Shown here piece by piece: positions 1 through 9,034 of a stretch of DNA of 24,000 nt. Each line of letters opens with the position of its first letter. Positions within the stretch are counted from its first letter, which is position 1. The position numbers and the translations under genes were made by a program. Origin of the DNA: Hyphomicrobiaceae bacterium (lineage in GTDB: Bacteria > Pseudomonadota > Alphaproteobacteria > Rhizobiales > Hyphomicrobiaceae); NCBI GenBank assembly GCA_041397745.1, contig JAWKVY010000006.1, forward strand, positions 188,344 to 212,343, read 5' to 3'. The notes below the pieces were generated by a model. It saw nothing but the letters and a program-made list of their open reading frames with translations, did no database searches and was not told where the DNA came from.

Positions 1-842
1 TCAACAAGGGCCTGCGGACGGCCGGACGGGCGGGCTTCGGCGGACGCATGGGGGCCGGCGCCGGCAGCGGGCTGCAGCCGCCGATGCCGCGCAAGGCGCT
101 GTCCCCGCGCGACCTCAAGAGCCACATCTACCGCCCGATCATCGTCATCGACCCGGGTCATGGCGGCCACGACAGCGGCGCGATGAAGAATGGTGCAGTC
201 GAGAAGGAGGTCGTACTCGCCTTCAGCCTAAAATTGCGCGAGCGGCTCAACGCCACCGGCCGTTACAAGGTGCTGATGACGCGCGAGGACGACCGCTTCA
301 TCCCACTCGACGAGCGCCGTGAGTTCGCCGAGCGCCACAAGGCTGCCCTGTTCATCGCCGTGCACGCCGACTATGCCAACTCCAACGCGCGCGGCGCCAC
401 CATCTATTCACTGCGTGATGGCACCGCCGAGCGGCTGGCCCGGTCCGCCAAGAACGAGGTGGCGAGCGAAGTGCTCACCGACAGCGAGCGCCAGCATCTG
501 CGCAAGACCGCTGTCGACGTCTCCGCCGTCGAATCGATCCTGTCCGATCTGGCCGTGCGCGATGTCGAGGCAACGCGCGGTCGTACCAGCATTTTCACCA
601 AGGCCGTCATCGAGAAGATGGGCAAGACCACGGAGATGCGGGAGCGTCCCGATCAGCAGGCGGCATTCGCCGTGCTGCAGACGCAGAAGATGCCGGCCGT
701 ACTGATCGAGCTCGCCTACGTGACCAATCGCAAGGATGCGGCGCTCCTGAAGTCGGACGAGTGGCGCGTGAAGGTGGCCGGCTCGATCGTTTCCGCCATC
801 GAAAACTACTTCTCGCACGCCCGGGCCAAGCTGCCGCTCTGA
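1..842 (+). CDS. N-acetylmuramoyl-L-alanine amidase (Amidase_3 / AmiC-like), 5' end outside the window
   Basis: The frame is open from nt 3 through the TGA at 840-842, with no stop upstream of the ATG at 48, so the gene probably starts off-window. The translation carries Amidase_3 hallmarks: IVIDPGHGGHDSGA, EKEVVLAF and LFIAVHADY. GC3 is high. Confidence 0.85.
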   Translation, partial: NKGLRTAGRAGFGGRMGAGAGSGLQPPMPRKALSPRDLKSHIYRPIIVIDPGHGGHDSGAMKNGAVEKEVVLAFSLKLRERLNATGRYKVLMTREDDRFIPLDERREFAERHKAALFIAVHADYANSNARGATIYSLRDGTAERLARSAKNEVASEVLTDSERQHLRKTAVDVSAVESILSDLAVRDVEATRGRTSIFTKAVIEKMGKTTEMRERPDQQAAFAVLQTQKMPAVLIELAYVTNRKDAALLKSDEWRVKVAGSIVSAIENYFSHARAKLPL

Positions 843-877
843 GCCGTCCGCGCGGGGTCCGCCCGGCCGGTGGCGTG

Positions 878-1300
878 TCAGTCCTGACCCGGCTTCGAGC
901 GCCTGAGGCGCTTCACCTCGCCGCGCTCCTGCTTGGCCTTGATGCGCCGCTCCTTCGAGGCCTTGGTGGGCTTCGTGGCGACCCGCTTCTTCGGAGTTAC
1001 GCTCGCCTCGCGCACGAGGGCCGCCAATCGGCTGCGGGCCTCGTCGCGATTGCGCTCCTGCGTGCGGTGCGTGTCGGCACGGATGACGATCACGCCATCC
1101 TTGGTCAGCCGCTGGCCGGCGAGCCGCATCAGTCTGACGGCGACGGCATCCGGCAGGCTCCTCGATCGCCTCGCATCGAAGCGCAGTTCAACCGCCGTCG
1201 CCACCTTGTTGACGTTCTGCCCGCCCGGCCCCGAGGCACGGATGAAGCTCTCCTCGAGTTCGTCCTCCTCGATCGTGATGGTATCCGTGATGCGAAGCAT
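878..1300 (-). CDS. arfB: Alternative ribosome-rescue factor ArfB (YaeJ-type GGQ peptidyl-tRNA hydrolase)
   Basis: Lies within minus ORF 878..1549. I place the start at the ATG at 1298-1300 (MLRITDTITIEEDELEESFIRASGPGGQNVNKV...), giving 140 aa, the usual ArfB size. It has the GGQ motif plus a Lys/Arg-rich C-terminal tail (KKRVATKPTKASKERRIKAKQERGEVKRLRRSKP). The 83 upstream codons of the ORF have no ArfB-like content. Confidence 0.9.
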   Translation of the reverse strand: MLRITDTITIEEDELEESFIRASGPGGQNVNKVATAVELRFDARRSRSLPDAVAVRLMRLAGQRLTKDGVIVIRADTHRTQERNRDEARSRLAALVREASVTPKKRVATKPTKASKERRIKAKQERGEVKRLRRSKPGQD

Positions 1301-1435
1301 GGCAGGCCTTCCCGTTCTCGCCGGCTGGCACGCGGCAGGGGTCTTGAAGTGCTTCGTTTCTCGCCGCAAGCTCTGCCGCAGGCAAGCCTCGGCTGACGGC
1401 GCGGGGTATCCGAACATGCGAGGGAGAGAGACGAC

Positions 1436-2332
1436 ATGACCGGCACGGCTGAACAGACACGGATCGGGTTCGTCGGCGCCGGCATGATGGGCCATGGCAT
1501 CTGCACCAATCTGCTGGCGGCCGGTCACCCGTTGACCGTCATCGCTCACCGCAACCGCGCGCCGATCGACGACCTCGTCGGGCGCGGAGCGCGGGAAGCG
1601 ACCTCACTCGCTGCGCTCGGCGAGGCGAGCGATGTGGTCATGATCTGCGTCAACAGCGCCGAGGCCGTCGAGGCGATCGTCGCAGGACTGCGGCCGGGCC
1701 TTGCGCGCGGTTCTGTCATTATCGATGTGACAACGTCCAAGCCCGAGGTCTCACGGACGCTCGCCGCAGCGCTGGCGAGCGACGGCATCGCCTTCGTGGA
1801 CGCCCCGGTCGTCGGCGGCCCGGCCCACGCGAGTCAGGGAAAACTCGGCGCCTTCGTCGGTGCCGACGACACGGCCTTTGCGCGCGTTCGGCCGATCCTC
1901 GCGCGCTACTGCACGGACATTGTCCATTTCGGCCCGCCCGGGTCCGGCAATGTCGCGAAGCTGCTCAATAATTTCCTCACTGTCGGCCTGCGCCAGCTGA
2001 TCGTTCAGGCATTCCGCGGAGCGCGGCGTCACGGCATCGATACCGACAAACTGTACAGCCTGGCGGCAAAAGGCGCGGCCGGCTCGCGCACGCTCGACCA
2101 ACTCGCCTCGGGGCTCGCGCGCGCCGACTACACGCAGAACAAGTTTTCGATCGCCAATTGCCATAAGGACATGAGCTACGCGGCGGCGCTCCTGGCCGAC
2201 GATCCAGACGGCGTTGCGATCCAGAGTGTGATGCAGCAGGCCTACAGCCGCTTCATCGACGCCGGCCTGGGCGACCGGCTCGCCAGCGAAATGCTCGACC
2301 CCGCGCTGGAAGCCAGGAGCCGGAAGAGCTGA
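1436..2332 (+). CDS. NAD(P)-dependent oxidoreductase, 3-hydroxyisobutyrate / beta-hydroxyacid dehydrogenase family
   Basis: ATG at 1436 is preceded by GAGGGAGAGAG. There is an N-terminal Rossmann motif IGFVGAGMMGHGI. Length (298 aa) and downstream blocks (VDAPVVGGP, GSGNVAKLLNN) are typical of the family. The substrate cannot be assigned from sequence. Confidence 0.8.
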   Translation: MTGTAEQTRIGFVGAGMMGHGICTNLLAAGHPLTVIAHRNRAPIDDLVGRGAREATSLAALGEASDVVMICVNSAEAVEAIVAGLRPGLARGSVIIDVTTSKPEVSRTLAAALASDGIAFVDAPVVGGPAHASQGKLGAFVGADDTAFARVRPILARYCTDIVHFGPPGSGNVAKLLNNFLTVGLRQLIVQAFRGARRHGIDTDKLYSLAAKGAAGSRTLDQLASGLARADYTQNKFSIANCHKDMSYAAALLADDPDGVAIQSVMQQAYSRFIDAGLGDRLASEMLDPALEARSRKS

Positions 2333-2679
2333 GCTGGGAGCAGCGGGCTGCGCTTTCGCCGCAATTTCGCTTCATCGACCATCATGTTCCTCGGCGGTCA
2401 CCCTGTTAAGGGTTGGCAGATGCTGAGGCGCGTTCTCGATTGCACCGTCGTCCTATTTCCTGTCTGTAGCCCGCAAATGCTTGGAGCACGTCCCTTCTTG
2501 ACTTGCCGATCTCCGATCGCTTGAACCGAGCCGTTTCCGAATTGATCGCCACATCGATGCCGCGCGGGCGGTCGCGCGGGAAAGTGGGCCGCCGCCGCAC
2601 CGAGGCGGCAGCCGGAGCGTGACAGAAGCGGAGCAATGCGGGCCGAAACTCCGGCTCGACTGGATCTGGACGCACGACG

Positions 2680-2958
2680 ATGGACATCGACAAGGAGATC
2701 GCCGACCTCAAGCGCCGCGTCGGCGACCTCGAAGGCGCCGTCAACGTGTTGACGGGCCAGCTGAGCCAGGTTCATCCCACACTTCGCATGCTCGGCGAGA
2801 CGACCGGAGCGCGTTTCGACCGGACCGATGACAGTCTCGATCTCCTGACCAAGCGGCTGGAGCGGCTCGACACGCACGTCTGGAGCCTCCGCGACGATCT
2901 GCCCGACATGATCCGAGAGGCTCTCGCCGAGGGCGGTCGAGGACCCACCGGCAATTGA
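2680..2958 (+). CDS. Small (92 aa) predicted coiled-coil protein, function unknown
   Basis: ATG at 2680. GC3 is very high throughout (coding-like for this genome). Heptad-like segments occur at [22 protein letters not shown] and [19 protein letters not shown] recognise no family. Confidence 0.55.
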   Translation: MDIDKEIADLKRRVGDLEGAVNVLTGQLSQVHPTLRMLGETTGARFDRTDDSLDLLTKRLERLDTHVWSLRDDLPDMIREALAEGGRGPTGN

Positions 2959-3061
2959 GCCGGGCCGGTCCCGCCGACAGTACTTCACCGGCGCGTCGCC
3001 CCTTGCGAGGGCGGCAACGATCGGGCTAGGTCCGGGCCATTGCACCGACCGGGACCACGCC

Positions 3062-3967
3062 ATGTCCGAACCTGACCTGCCCACCGCCAAGGCAATCGCC
3101 GAGCGCTGGTTCCGCGAGCTGCGCGACGATATCTGCGCCTCGTTCGAACTGCTCGAGGACGAACTGCCAGCGGGCGCACCGGCCGCCTCGGCAAAACCGG
3201 CCCGCTTCGAGCGGACGCCATGGAATCGCACCGACCACACCGGCGCAGCCGGCGGTGGTGGCGTCATGAGCCTCATGCGCGCCGGCCGCGTGTTCGAGAA
3301 GGTCGGCGTTCACGTCTCCACCGTACACGGCGAGTTCGCACCGGAGTTCCGTAAGCAGATTCCCGGAGCCGACGAGGATCCACGCTTCTGGGCCTCGGGC
3401 ATATCGCTCATCGCGCACATGCAGAACCCGAACGTACCGGCCGTGCACATGAATACGCGCATGGTCGTCACAACCAGGTGGTGGTTCGGCGGTGGTGCGG
3501 ACCTGACCCCGGTGCTCGACCGCCGCCGCGGCCAGACCGACCCGGATACACAAGGCTTCCACGCCGCCATGAAGGCCGCCTGCGCACCGCACGTTGTGGC
3601 CGACTATCCGCGCTTCCGAGCATGGTGCGACGAATATTTCTACCTGCCGCACCGAAAGGAGATGCGTGGCATCGGCGGCATCTTCTACGATTACCTGACG
3701 CCTGCCGAGAATGAAGGCGGCTGGCAGGCCGCGTTCGCCTTCACCCAGGATGTCGGCAGGGCCTTCCGCGACGTCTATCCGACGCTCGTGCGCGCCAATT
3801 GGACGAAGCCGTGGACCGAGGCCGACCGCGAGGAGCAGTTGGTCCGGCGGGGACGCTATGTCGAATTCAACCTGCTGTACGACCGTGGCACCATTTTCGG
3901 CCTGAAGACCGGCGGCAACGTCGACTCCATCCTCTCCTCGATGCCGCCCGTGGTGAAGTGGCCGTGA
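3062..3967 (+). CDS. hemF: Oxygen-dependent coproporphyrinogen III oxidase
   Basis: The 301-aa product carries HemF blocks: [80 protein letters not shown] and [25 protein letters not shown]. Confidence 0.95.
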   Translation: MSEPDLPTAKAIAERWFRELRDDICASFELLEDELPAGAPAASAKPARFERTPWNRTDHTGAAGGGGVMSLMRAGRVFEKVGVHVSTVHGEFAPEFRKQIPGADEDPRFWASGISLIAHMQNPNVPAVHMNTRMVVTTRWWFGGGADLTPVLDRRRGQTDPDTQGFHAAMKAACAPHVVADYPRFRAWCDEYFYLPHRKEMRGIGGIFYDYLTPAENEGGWQAAFAFTQDVGRAFRDVYPTLVRANWTKPWTEADREEQLVRRGRYVEFNLLYDRGTIFGLKTGGNVDSILSSMPPVVKWP

Positions 3968-5181
3968 CCTCTGCGACCGGATCGGAACCCAAGCCGCTGG
4001 CCTTTCCCGAGTTCGTCGCGCTCATGGCCCTGCTGATGGCGCTGACCGCGCTGTCGATCGACATCATGCTGCCGGCGCTGCCCGACATCGCACGCCGCTT
4101 CGCGCTTCACGATGCCAATGCTCCCCAGCTGATCGTGCCGTTCTACCTGTTCGGGCTCGCCGCCGGGCAGGTGTTCTGGGGACCGCTATCCGATCGACGA
4201 GGCCGCCGCCCACCGCTGCTCGCCGGCCTCGCCATCTTCGCTGGCGGCGCCCTTCTGGCATCGTTCGCGCCGAGCTTCTGGCTGCTGCTTGCCGCACGCG
4301 TGGTGCAGGGCTTCGGCGCGGGCGCCGCGCGCACGATCTCCATCGCCATCGTGCGCGACGCCTACGCCGGCCGCGACATGGCCCGCGTCATGTCGCTCGT
4401 CATCTCGACGTTCATCATCGTTCCGGTGATCGCGCCCACGATCGGCCAGGGCCTGATTCTCGCGGGTGACTGGTCATGGCCGTTCCATGCGCTTGCCATC
4501 GTCGGCGTCGCGGCAATCGCCTGGGTCGGGGTCCGGCTGCCCGAGACCGCTGGCCCGTCCGCCGGACGCGCCCCGGTCGCGCTTGGCGACGCACTGCGTG
4601 GCGTGCTGTCCACACCTGTGACAGTCGCCTACGCGCTCGCCGTCGGACTGGTGTTCGGGAGCCTCGTCGGATATGTGGCGAGCGCCCAGCAGATCTTCGT
4701 CGACGTGTATGGCCTCGGGCCACTGTTTCCCATCGCGTTCGGAGCGGTCGCCGTCTCGATGGCCATCTCGTCGCTCGCCAACGCCGCCTTGGTCCGCCGC
4801 TTCGGCATGCGCCGGCTTTCCCACACCGCGCTCGTCGCCTACGCCGGCTCCGGAGGCCTGCTGCTGGGCTTCGCACTGCTGGGCACACCGCCACTGTGGC
4901 TCACACTGGTGCTGCTCTCGTTCAATTTCTTCATGTTCGGGCTCATCACACCGAACCTCAACGCCATCGCCATGCACCCGCAGGCGAGATTCGCGGGGAT
5001 GGCCGCCTCGCTGATCGGCGGCGCGACCACGGTGATCGGATCCATCGCGGGTCTCGTCATCGCGCGCCAGTTCGACGGCAGCGTCCGGCCGCTCGCCCTC
5101 GGCTTTCTGCTGCTCGGTGTGCTGGCGTTCGCGATCATTGCCGTCGTCGAGGGCAAGCGCGGCCTGTTCCGCGGCGAGTAG
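3964..5181 (+). CDS. MFS transporter, Bcr/CflA drug-resistance subfamily
   Basis: Lies within ORF 3799..5181. I start it at the GTG at 3964 (GTGA overlap with the hemF stop); the GTG at 3958 is also possible. Family motifs are [17 protein letters not shown] and [14 protein letters not shown], and the rest is multiply hydrophobic. The ATG at 4024 would remove most of TM1. Codons 3799-3963 overlap hemF and are not credited. Confidence 0.8.
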   Translation: MTSATGSEPKPLAFPEFVALMALLMALTALSIDIMLPALPDIARRFALHDANAPQLIVPFYLFGLAAGQVFWGPLSDRRGRRPPLLAGLAIFAGGALLASFAPSFWLLLAARVVQGFGAGAARTISIAIVRDAYAGRDMARVMSLVISTFIIVPVIAPTIGQGLILAGDWSWPFHALAIVGVAAIAWVGVRLPETAGPSAGRAPVALGDALRGVLSTPVTVAYALAVGLVFGSLVGYVASAQQIFVDVYGLGPLFPIAFGAVAVSMAISSLANAALVRRFGMRRLSHTALVAYAGSGGLLLGFALLGTPPLWLTLVLLSFNFFMFGLITPNLNAIAMHPQARFAGMAASLIGGATTVIGSIAGLVIARQFDGSVRPLALGFLLLGVLAFAIIAVVEGKRGLFRGE

Positions 5182-5191
5182 CCGGAGTGGA

Positions 5192-6499
5192 TCAGCGACG
5201 CACCACCCGCGCCTTCTGCGCGACGGCCTTGTCGAAGGCGACCGCGAATTCGCGCGCGCCGGGATTGCGCTCGCCGTCGTCCATACGCCGGCCGAGTTCG
5301 GCGATGAGTTCACCCGCCGTTCGCCCGCGCACCACCGAGTTGCGCTCATAGCCCTGCCGCGAGAAGAAATTGACGTTGGCCGCGCGCCGGCCGGCCGGCG
5401 TCATCATCTCGATACCGGTACCAGGGCCGGCGAGATTCATCAGCTCGAGTTCCTCGCTGGTCAACCCGGTGCGGCCCGACCGCGCCGCGAAGTCGACGAT
5501 GCCCCTCAACTTCGTCGTCTGCAGCCACGGGCCGATGTCGCCGTCGATGTTGAGCGCATGGATGCCGAGCCCTTGCGGCGTACGGCCGAACGCGACGTGC
5601 GCCGACCACTGGTCCGGCACGCGGCGGGCGGCAGTCAGCATCCGGCTGAGCGCCGCTCTTTTGGTTCTCAGGCGCGCGACGCGCCCGGCGTCGCCCCGCG
5701 CTTCGCGCTCCAGGTCGCGCAGGCGCGCGACGAACGTGTCGCCGTGCTTGACGATCATGCCGACCGAATTGGCGTGCAGCAGCTGCGCATAGCCGAGTGC
5801 CGACGAGATCGGCCGGCCTTTGCCGGTCAGGGGATGAATTCCAGCCTGCATGTCGGCGGTGCCGTTGCCGCCCGTCTCGAGCGCATAAACGCGCACTACC
5901 TGCTCTTTGCCGAGTCCGAGCGCGAGCGCCTCGCGCGCATAGCGCAGCTTGAACTCGGCCTCCGAAATGCGGTCCGGCGCGAAGCCGAAGTGGCTCCTGG
6001 CAGCCGCGAGCATCTCGGCAACGCCGGGAATGGGATCGCGCTCGCGGTCTTCGGCTCCGCGGCGTTTGAACCTGTCCCAGCGCTCCTGCAGTGACGGGGA
6101 CAACTTCGGACCTTCATAGCCGGGAGGATAGGCATTCACGTAGTCGGCGTCGTCGGGGGCCTGGCCGGCGCGGATGCGAGCGCGGCGCGCCTGACGCTTC
6201 GCCTCCACATCGGCCCAGAAAGCATCGAGCGCGCGGGCGTGCGCCTGATCCGCCTGGTACCAGGCGACGAATCGGGCTTGCTCGTCCGCGCCAAGCGTCG
6301 CCAGGAAGGCGCCGGCGCCCGAGGCTTTGGGAGCCGTGGCGAGACTAGCCGCCGGCAGCGTGCCGGCAGAGGAGGCACAACCACCGACCGCCAGCACGGC
6401 GACAGCGAGGGCCAGCGCGCTACCCGGCGAGAGGAGGCGCAGGCCGTCGTGGCGCTGTCCCCCAACCTGCTTGCGAACGTGGTCGTACCGGTATGCCAA
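5192..6499 (-). CDS. Putative lipoprotein, function unknown (435 aa)
   Basis: This is the longest minus ORF in the interval, with high GC3. Its first codon is TTG at 6497-6499, so the exact start is uncertain. The N-terminus has a basic region, then ALALAVAVLAVGGC (lipobox-like VGGC, Cys41). The mature part is Arg/Glu-rich with a segment YALETGGNG...SSALGYAQLL. Confidence 0.6.
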   Translation of the reverse strand: MAYRYDHVRKQVGGQRHDGLRLLSPGSALALAVAVLAVGGCASSAGTLPAASLATAPKASGAGAFLATLGADEQARFVAWYQADQAHARALDAFWADVEAKRQARRARIRAGQAPDDADYVNAYPPGYEGPKLSPSLQERWDRFKRRGAEDRERDPIPGVAEMLAAARSHFGFAPDRISEAEFKLRYAREALALGLGKEQVVRVYALETGGNGTADMQAGIHPLTGKGRPISSALGYAQLLHANSVGMIVKHGDTFVARLRDLEREARGDAGRVARLRTKRAALSRMLTAARRVPDQWSAHVAFGRTPQGLGIHALNIDGDIGPWLQTTKLRGIVDFAARSGRTGLTSEELELMNLAGPGTGIEMMTPAGRRAANVNFFSRQGYERNSVVRGRTAGELIAELGRRMDDGERNPGAREFAVAFDKAVAQKARVVRR

Positions 6500-6593
6500 T
6501 CGACTCGTACCCGCTATGCTGCGTCGGCGCCGAACGCGTACGAACGACGGCGCTGCGGCGACTTGTGACTTCAGTGAGCGACCTGACTACCAT

Positions 6594-7340
6594 ATGAGCA
6601 ATGAAGAAAATGCGGCACGCATTGCGACGCTCGCGCCGGTCCGGGATGGGACCAGTTCGTCGTCCGGCCTCATGACGGCCGCCCCGATGCTCGCCGATCT
6701 CGATGCGGCGCGCCTGCGTACGTTGGCGCAGCGGAGCCTGCACCCCGCACCGGTCCGCGCCTCTCTCGACCCGCGCGCCGGTCGGCCGCCGGGGCCGAGC
6801 GATTTCGATCTCAACCCGGAGTTGCTCGCCGAGCTTGCCTTCACCGAGCCGATGCGCGAGGCCGCCGTGCTGGTGCCGGTCGTCGCCGGCGCGCCAATGA
6901 CATTGCTCCTCACCCGCCGCACCGAGCATCTGGCGCGTCATGCCGGGCAGGTGGCATTCCCCGGCGGACGGCTCGAACCCGGCGAAACGGCACTCGCCGC
7001 GGCGCTCCGCGAGGCCGAAGAAGAGATCGGCCTCGCACCCGATCTCGTCGAGCCGCTCGGCTACCTGGACGGCTACCGCACCGGCACGGGCTTCCATGTC
7101 ACGCCGGTTGTGGCGCTGGTGACACCGGGCTTCACGCTGGCGCTCGATCCCCACGAGGTCGCCGAGGCGTTCGAGGTACCACTCGCCTTCCTGCTCGATG
7201 CCGCCAACCACCGCCAGGATCAGCGCGAGTGGCGGGGTCGCATGCGCTCTTACTATGCGATGCCTTACGGGGAGCATTATATCTGGGGTGCCACGGCAGG
7301 CATGATTCGCAATCTCTCCGAGAGGCTTCGGGCTGCATGA
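6594..7340 (+). CDS. CoA pyrophosphatase (Nudix hydrolase, NudL/PCD1-like)
   Basis: The Nudix box is GGRLEPGETALAAALREAEEEIGL. It is preceded by the CoA-pyrophosphatase signature LLLTRRTEHLARHAGQVAFPGG. Start chosen at the ATG at 6594; the ORF-track start at 6327 would overlap the divergent gene. An internal ATG at 6672 is an alternative. Confidence 0.8.
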   Translation: MSNEENAARIATLAPVRDGTSSSSGLMTAAPMLADLDAARLRTLAQRSLHPAPVRASLDPRAGRPPGPSDFDLNPELLAELAFTEPMREAAVLVPVVAGAPMTLLLTRRTEHLARHAGQVAFPGGRLEPGETALAAALREAEEEIGLAPDLVEPLGYLDGYRTGTGFHVTPVVALVTPGFTLALDPHEVAEAFEVPLAFLLDAANHRQDQREWRGRMRSYYAMPYGEHYIWGATAGMIRNLSERLRAA

Positions 7341-7606
7341 TCCGCATCGTGATCGAGAACGTTCTGCTGTTCCTGCTGCCTACCGCCATCTACGTCGCCT
7401 ACATCATGCTGACCCGCAACGACGGCAAGCAGACGGCGACCCAGGTGGTGAACGAGGCGCCTCTTCTCTGGCTGTTCGCGGCCGGAGGCGGATTGGTGAT
7501 GATCGTGCTCGTCGCCTATGCCTCGATCGAAGGCGGCAAGCCCGGCCAGGGCTATGCACCAGCGGTGCTCAAGGATGGCCGCATCGTGCCGGGCGAGCTC
7601 AAGTAG
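7337..7606 (+). CDS. Small membrane protein (89 aa; resembles the DUF6111-type protein found between Nudix and cca genes, from memory)
   Basis: The ATG at 7337-7339 overlaps the Nudix TGA at 7338-7340 (ATGA). There are two hydrophobic segments, VLLFLLPTAIYVAYIML and LLWLFAAGGGLVMIVLVAYA. GC3 is high. Confidence 0.6.
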   Translation: MIRIVIENVLLFLLPTAIYVAYIMLTRNDGKQTATQVVNEAPLLWLFAAGGGLVMIVLVAYASIEGGKPGQGYAPAVLKDGRIVPGELK

Positions 7607-7636
7607 AACTCGGTCCCGGCGCGCCCGACCGCCGGC

Positions 7637-8947
7637 ATGAGATGGCATGGGATGGCCGAAACCACCACACAACCGGTCTCGATCGCGACGGCCGCATGGC
7701 TTCGCTGCGCAGATACGCAAGCCGTGCTCGCCCTGCTGAACGCCGACGGCGGCGCGGCCCGCATCGTCGGCGGCGCGGTGCGCAACGAACTGATCGGACG
7801 GCCCGTCGTCGACATCGACATCGCAACCACACTGGAGCCGGCGGAGGTGATGGCGCGTGCCGAAGGCGCGAGCTTCCGCGTCATACCGACAGGCCTCGCG
7901 CACGGCACGGTGACGGTCGTCGTCGGGCACCACGGGTTCGAGGTTACGACGCTGCGCGAGGACCTCGAGACCTTCGGTCGCCATGCGACCGTCGCCTTCA
8001 CCGCCGACTGGGAGGCTGACGCACGCCGGCGGGACTTCACCATCAACGCGCTCTATGCCGACGCCGCCGGCACGGTGCATGACCCGGTCGGCGGCTACCC
8101 GGACCTCGTTGCAGGTCGCGTGCGCTTCATCGGCGACCCGGCGGCGCGCATCGGCGAGGATTACCTGCGGATCCTCCGGCTGTTCCGTTTCCATGCCCAG
8201 TACGGCCGCACCGGACCCGAAGCCGCCGATCTCGCCGCCTGCGTCCGCCTCCGCGCCGGTCTTGCCACGTTGTCGCGCGAGCGTGTGCATGGCGAACTGA
8301 TGCGCCTGCTCGTTGCGCGGGGTGGTGTCGCAACCCTTGATCTGATGCGCGGGCTCGGGCTCCTCACACTGATCGTCCCGGCGGCGCCCAGGCCAGCCGT
8401 GCTGTCGGCACTCGTGGCCCTCGAGGCAGCCCTCGGTCGGACGCCGGATCGTGCGCTCCGCCTCGCGGCCCTCGCGGTGCACGACGCCGCCGACGCCGAG
8501 CGTCTCGCCGCCCGACTGGCGCTCTCGAACGCCGAGGCGAAGGCCCTGCAGTCGGCTGCGATCGTGCTCGCCGGCCGGCCCACCGCTGCGCCGGACGAAG
8601 CCAGCGTCCGGGCGATGGTCTACCGGCTCGGCACCACCGGCAGCGAGCGCGCCGTGCTGCTCTCCGCCGCGCTCGCTGCCGTCGCTGCCGATGCCCCCGA
8701 CCCCGGAACGTGGCCCGGCTTCGCCACCTGGCGGAATGCCCTCGCTATCGCCGCGCACCATCAGCCGCTGCGCTTTCCCCTCACCGGCCACGATGTCAAG
8801 GCGCTCGGCGTGGCTGCCGGTCCTGAGATCGGGCGTTTGCTCGGTGTCATCGAGGCGCGATGGATCGCGGGCGATTTCCGGGAGGATCGAGGGGCCCTGC
8901 TCCAGTCGCTGGAGCGCGAGATCGCCCAGCGGCCCGGCGGGTCGTGA
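7637..8947 (+). CDS. cca: CCA tRNA nucleotidyltransferase (poly(A) polymerase/CCA-adding family)
   Basis: Head-domain motifs are ARIVGGAVRNELIGRPVVDIDIATT (GGxVR and DxD carboxylates), RRDFTINALY and RILRLFRF. The start is either the ATG at 7637 or the ATG at 7652. Confidence 0.85.
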   Translation: MRWHGMAETTTQPVSIATAAWLRCADTQAVLALLNADGGAARIVGGAVRNELIGRPVVDIDIATTLEPAEVMARAEGASFRVIPTGLAHGTVTVVVGHHGFEVTTLREDLETFGRHATVAFTADWEADARRRDFTINALYADAAGTVHDPVGGYPDLVAGRVRFIGDPAARIGEDYLRILRLFRFHAQYGRTGPEAADLAACVRLRAGLATLSRERVHGELMRLLVARGGVATLDLMRGLGLLTLIVPAAPRPAVLSALVALEAALGRTPDRALRLAALAVHDAADAERLAARLALSNAEAKALQSAAIVLAGRPTAAPDEASVRAMVYRLGTTGSERAVLLSAALAAVAADAPDPGTWPGFATWRNALAIAAHHQPLRFPLTGHDVKALGVAAGPEIGRLLGVIEARWIAGDFREDRGALLQSLEREIAQRPGGS

Positions 8948-9034
8948 TCAGCCTGGACCCTGGGCCGGCAAGTGCAGCATTTTCAAGCAGGAAGCCGCTT
9001 GCCAACGCTTGAGCGGCGTGGAACCTTCCGATCC

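Noticed and set aside
1301-1549. 83-codon N-terminal extension of the arfB ORF
   Set aside because: ArfB proteins are about 140 aa and begin close to the MLRITD-type N-terminus. The extension would also overlap the divergent dehydrogenase start region at 1436.
2498-2526. TTGACT (2498-2503) followed 17 nt later by TTGAAC, as a possible sigma-70 promoter
   Set aside because: The -10 candidate is a poor match to TATAAT or the alphaproteobacterial CTATAT-type box. I cannot support a promoter call without TSS data.
2398-3276. 292-aa minus-strand ORF containing a poly-Ser run, spanning the gap and the hemF 5' end
   Set aside because: It is antisense to hemF and to the small coiled-coil ORF. Its translation is low-complexity and there is no motif support.
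3799-3963. Upstream part of the MFS ORF overlapping the hemF 3' end
   Set aside because: It overlaps well-conserved hemF coding sequence in another frame. The MFS family N-terminus is satisfied by the GTG at 3964.
4474-5351. Two 291-aa ORFs (4474..5349 minus and 4476..5351 plus) overlapping the MFS gene and the lipoprotein gene
   Set aside because: They are out of frame with or antisense to better-supported genes. Their compositions are dominated by Arg/Pro/Ala runs and they show no motifs.
6327-6593. Upstream part of the Nudix ORF (track start at 6327)
   Set aside because: It would overlap the 5' end of the divergent lipoprotein gene by about 170 nt. Its translation is Ala/Arg/Pro-rich and unlike Nudix N-termini. 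The ATG at 6594 is preferred, though with moderate confidence.
7277-8791. 504-aa minus-strand ORF opposite cca
   Set aside because: It is antisense to a gene with unmistakable CCA-adding-enzyme motifs, and its translation is low-complexity (R/G/A/E-rich). It is a shadow ORF.
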